Below, piece by piece: positions 60,778-64,000 of a stretch of 64,000 bases of DNA. Position 1 is the first letter of the stretch. The number at the start of each line of letters is the position of its first letter. The position numbers and the translations under genes were made by a program. Source of the stretch: Candidatus Sericytochromatia bacterium (lineage in GTDB: Bacteria > Cyanobacteriota > Sericytochromatia > S15B-MN24 > VGJW01); NCBI GenBank assembly GCA_035285865.1, contig JAYKHS010000028.1:151938-215937 (forward strand), in the 5' to 3' direction. Under the pieces are notes generated by a model. It was not told the DNA's origin and ran no database searches. It saw only the letters and a list, made by a program, of their open reading frames with translations.

Positions 60778-61413
60778 ATGGCCCTCGGATTGCTGGGGCA
60801 GAAGCTGGGCATGACCCAGATCTTCGATGAAAAGGATCGTTGCGTGCCCGTCACGGTGGTGGCGGTGGGTCCTTGCTTTGTCACGCAGGTGAAGACGGTC
60901 GATCGCGATGGATACAGTGCCATCCAGGTCGGTTTCGGTGAGGTCAAGGAGCGTCGGCTCTCCAAGGGTGAGGTCGGACATCTCAAGGCCAGCGGCCGGG
61001 GTGGTCTGCGTCACCTTCGCGAGTTCCGGGTCGACAACGCTGCCGACTACAAGGTCGGTGACGAAATCAAGGCAGATCTCTTCGCGGCCGACCAGATGGT
61101 CGACGTCGTCGGCAAGAGCATCGGCAAGGGCTTCCAGGGCATGCAGAAGCGGCACAACGCCGGCCGCGGCCCGATGGCTCACGGTTCCAAGTTCCATCGC
61201 CATCCCGGTTCCATCGGTGCCGGTACGACCCCCTCTCGTGTATACAAGGGCGCGGCGATGCCGGGTCGCATGGGCAACGAGCGCGTGACGGTTCGCAAGT
61301 TGACTGTCGTTCGTGTCGATGCCGAGAAGGGCCTCCTGCTGATCAAGGGTGCCTTGCCGGGTGCCGAGGGCGGCCTGCTCATGGTTCGCCCCGCTGTGAA
61401 GGTTGGGAGGTAG
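60778..61413 (+). CDS. rplC: 50S ribosomal protein L3
   Basis: [21 protein letters not shown] and MPGRMG; AAGGAG RBS. Confidence 0.99.
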   Translation: MALGLLGQKLGMTQIFDEKDRCVPVTVVAVGPCFVTQVKTVDRDGYSAIQVGFGEVKERRLSKGEVGHLKASGRGGLRHLREFRVDNAADYKVGDEIKADLFAADQMVDVVGKSIGKGFQGMQKRHNAGRGPMAHGSKFHRHPGSIGAGTTPSRVYKGAAMPGRMGNERVTVRKLTVVRVDAEKGLLLIKGALPGAEGGLLMVRPAVKVGR

Positions 61414-61418
61414 TCGCC

Positions 61419-62036
61419 ATGAAGGTTGATTTGTTCAGTACTGCCGGCGACAAGGTCAAGGAGATTGACCTGCCTGAGGCGATTTTCGGCATCACGCCGA
61501 ACACGCATGAGATGCACCGCGCCTTCGTTCGTCAGATGGCGAATTGGCGGGCGGGGACCCATAGCACCTTGACGCGCTCCGAGGTCAGCGGCGGTGGCCG
61601 CAAGCCGTGGAAGCAGAAGGGGACGGGCCGTGCGCGAGCCGGTTCGACCCGCAGCCCGCTGTGGCGTGGCGGCGGCGTCATCTTCGGGCCCAAGCCGCGT
61701 TCTTATGTGAAGGCCCTGCCGCGAAAGATTCGCCGTCTGGCCCTTCGCAGCGCTTTGGCGACCCGCAAGGATGCCGTCCGCGTGATGGAGGCTTGGGTGC
61801 TCGAGGCTCCCAAGACCAAGGTCGTTGCCGGTCTTCTCAGCAAGATCGGTGCCACGGGCAAGGTGCTGCTCATCGTCGAGGGGCGTCACGAGCTGCTCGA
61901 GCGCTCGGCACGCAACCTGGCCGGTGTTCGTCTGATTCTGTCGGACAACCTCAATGTCAAGGACATTCTCGAGGCGGACGTCATTGTGCCGACCGAGGGT
62001 GCCCTGAAGAAGATCACGGAGGTCTTCGCAGCGTGA
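61419..62036 (+). CDS. rplD: 50S ribosomal protein L4
   Basis: [15 protein letters not shown]. Confidence 0.99.
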   Translation: MKVDLFSTAGDKVKEIDLPEAIFGITPNTHEMHRAFVRQMANWRAGTHSTLTRSEVSGGGRKPWKQKGTGRARAGSTRSPLWRGGGVIFGPKPRSYVKALPRKIRRLALRSALATRKDAVRVMEAWVLEAPKTKVVAGLLSKIGATGKVLLIVEGRHELLERSARNLAGVRLILSDNLNVKDILEADVIVPTEGALKKITEVFAA

Positions 62037-62332
62037 ACGATCTCTACCAGGTCATTCGCCGTCCCTTGGTAACCGAAAAGGGTGCTCAGGTTGGCGAGCA
62101 GAACAAGTACTGCTTCGAGGTGGCCAAGTCCGCCAACAAGATCGAGATTCGCAAGGCCGTCGAGACCCTGTTCGGGGTCAAGGTCCTTGATGTCAACACC
62201 ATGCACGTCCGCGGCCGCACGCGTCGGGTCAACCCGAAGTCTGCGCGTCTCGGCACGTCGCCGTCCACCAAGAAGGCGTTCGTGACCCTCGCCGAGGGTC
62301 ACGCCATCGACTTCTATGGCGAGCAGGCGTAG
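62033..62332 (+). CDS. rplW: 50S ribosomal protein L23
   Basis: [17 protein letters not shown] and KKAFVTL; GTGA overlap. Confidence 0.97.
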   Translation: MNDLYQVIRRPLVTEKGAQVGEQNKYCFEVAKSANKIEIRKAVETLFGVKVLDVNTMHVRGRTRRVNPKSARLGTSPSTKKAFVTLAEGHAIDFYGEQA

Positions 62333-62343
62333 GAGGTCCAGAC

Positions 62344-63171
62344 ATGGCAGTCAAGAAGATGAATCCCCGGACGCCGGGGACGCGGGGCATGAGCGTGGCC
62401 TCTTTCGAGGACATCACGCGCACGGCTCCTGAGAAGTCCTTGGTCATCCATCTGTCTCCGAAGGCCGGGCGCAATGCTCATGGCCACATCACCTCCCGTT
62501 TCCGGGGTGGTGGCCACAAGCGGAACTACCGCCTGATCGACTTCAAGCGGAACAAGGATGGCGTTCCCGGCAAGGTTGCCTCTATCGAGTACGACCCCAA
62601 CCGCAATGCGCGAATCGCGCTCATCCACTATGTGGATGGCGAGAAGCGCTACATCCTCGCTCCTCTGAACCTTGTGGTGGGGCAGACCATCATGTCGGGG
62701 CCGGAAGCCGAGCCTCGTCTGGGCAATGCGCTCCCGCTCAAGGCGATCCCGCTGGGTACGATGGTGCACAACATCGAGCTCAAGCGTGGTCGTGGCGGGC
62801 AGCTGGTCCGTGCCGCCGGCGCGGCGGCCCAGATCATGGCCAAGGAGGGGTCCTACGTCACCCTCAAGATGCCCAGCGGCGAGATGCGGCTGGTGCATTG
62901 CGAGTGTCGTGCGACCGTCGGCCAGGTGGGCAACCTCGAAGCCAAGAACATTGCGGTCGGCAAGGCCGGTCGTACCCGTTGGCTGGGGCGCCGTCCGCAT
63001 AATCGTGGTGTCGTCATGAATGCGGTGGACCATCCGCACGGTGGCGGTGAGGGCAAGAGCCCCATCGGCGGCAAGCCGCAGACGCCGTGGGGCAAGCCTG
63101 CGATGGGTTACAAGACCCGTCGTGGTCGTCGTCCCAGCGACAAGTTCATCGTCAAGCGGAGGGGGAAGTAA
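62344..63171 (+). CDS. rplB: 50S ribosomal protein L2
   Basis: IEYDPNRNA and DHPHGGGEG. Confidence 0.99.
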   Translation: MAVKKMNPRTPGTRGMSVASFEDITRTAPEKSLVIHLSPKAGRNAHGHITSRFRGGGHKRNYRLIDFKRNKDGVPGKVASIEYDPNRNARIALIHYVDGEKRYILAPLNLVVGQTIMSGPEAEPRLGNALPLKAIPLGTMVHNIELKRGRGGQLVRAAGAAAQIMAKEGSYVTLKMPSGEMRLVHCECRATVGQVGNLEAKNIAVGKAGRTRWLGRRPHNRGVVMNAVDHPHGGGEGKSPIGGKPQTPWGKPAMGYKTRRGRRPSDKFIVKRRGK

Positions 63172-63174
63172 GTC

Positions 63175-63447
63175 ATGTCGCGTAGCCTGAAGAAGGGTCC
63201 CTTCATCCAGGAGCGTCTGCTGGCCCGAGTCGAGGCCTTGGGCGCTGGCCGGGATCGCAAGGTGATCAAGACCTGGTCGCGTGCCAGCACCATCGTTCCC
63301 CAGATGATCGGTCACACGATTGCCGTCCACAACGGTCGCAAGCATGTGCCCATCTACATCACCGAGAACATGATCGGTCACAAGCTGGGTGAGTTCGCAC
63401 CCACGCGCTTGTTCCGCGGTCATGCCGGTTCCGAGAAGTCGAGGTAA
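63175..63447 (+). CDS. rpsS: 30S ribosomal protein S19
   Basis: RSLKKGPF and [11 protein letters not shown]. Confidence 0.99.
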   Translation: MSRSLKKGPFIQERLLARVEALGAGRDRKVIKTWSRASTIVPQMIGHTIAVHNGRKHVPIYITENMIGHKLGEFAPTRLFRGHAGSEKSR

Positions 63448-63450
63448 CCC

Positions 63451-63879
63451 GTGTCGGAGCAGCAAGAGAATGTCCAGGACGCGGCGACCGTCGCCGCGCC
63501 CAAGGCAGTGGGCCGCAAGCTTGCCGGACGGGGTCTCCCCGGTGCCGAAGTCAAGGCCGTTGCCAAGTATGTCCGCATGAGCCCTCGCAAGGCCCGCCGC
63601 GTGATCGACCTGATCCGGGGCAAGTCTGTCGAGGAGGCGCGCACGATTCTTCAGTTCCTGCCCCAGCTGGCGGCCCGCACGGTCGTCAAGGTGCTGGACA
63701 GCGCCGTGGCCAATGCGGAGCACAATCGTGGCCTTCATCGTCGCGACCTGGTCGTTACGGCCGCGTTCGCCGATGGCGGGCCCACGATGAAGCGATTCCA
63801 GCCGCACGCCCAAGGGCGCGCATTCCAGATTCTCAAGCGGACCAGCCACATCACCGTGGTGGTCGGGAAGGTGAGGTAG
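63451..63879 (+). CDS. rplV: 50S ribosomal protein L22 (with N-terminal extension)
   Basis: [14 protein letters not shown] and KRTSHITV. Confidence 0.97.
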   Translation: MSEQQENVQDAATVAAPKAVGRKLAGRGLPGAEVKAVAKYVRMSPRKARRVIDLIRGKSVEEARTILQFLPQLAARTVVKVLDSAVANAEHNRGLHRRDLVVTAAFADGGPTMKRFQPHAQGRAFQILKRTSHITVVVGKVR

Positions 63880-63883
63880 CCAG

Positions 63884-64000
63884 ATGGGACAGAAGATCCA
63901 TCCGTATGGGCTCCGTCTGGGCATCATCAAGCCTTGGCGGTCCCGCTGGTTCGCCGGTCACAAGGACTACCGGCTGAATCTGGTCGAGGATCGCAAGATC
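63884..64000 (+). CDS. rpsC: 30S ribosomal protein S3 (partial)
   Basis: [14 protein letters not shown]. Confidence 0.97.
   Translation, partial: MGQKIHPYGLRLGIIKPWRSRWFAGHKDYRLNLVEDRKI

Overview
High-GC bacterial chromosome segment. RpoB/RpoC motifs look cyanobacterial, but rpoC is unsplit, so the source is probably a non-photosynthetic Cyanobacteriota relative (Sericytochromatia-like; inference). Bases 1-35.7 kb hold housekeeping, envelope and signalling genes: MFS, GT4 and GT28 glycosyltransferases, RqcH, CheY, DAG kinase, RNase HI, a Bat/VWA operon, a DUF4388-MglB-MglA module, a Ser/Thr kinase-TPR, a tRNA(CAU), two S8 proteases, class 3 asparaginase, ExbBD and BirA. Bases 35.8-64 kb hold rpoB, rpoC, the str operon without tuf, and the start of the S10 operon. 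The most striking feature is a ~12 kb cluster between rpoB and rpoC that encodes nine predicted lipoproteins. They fall into paralogous families: four share an 'RWP-x-R-x-x-Q-x-IP' domain, two share a different N-terminal domain, and three are Pro/Thr-rich. Most end in a hydrophobic beta-strand. One carries a di-haem cytochrome c peroxidase/MauG domain and one a Cys-rich Kelch-like propeller. The cluster is a candidate undescribed lipoprotein-built surface filament or adhesin system, analogous to type V pili. Several start codons were re-picked by eye from RBS and overlap evidence, and domain calls come from motif recognition, not database searches.
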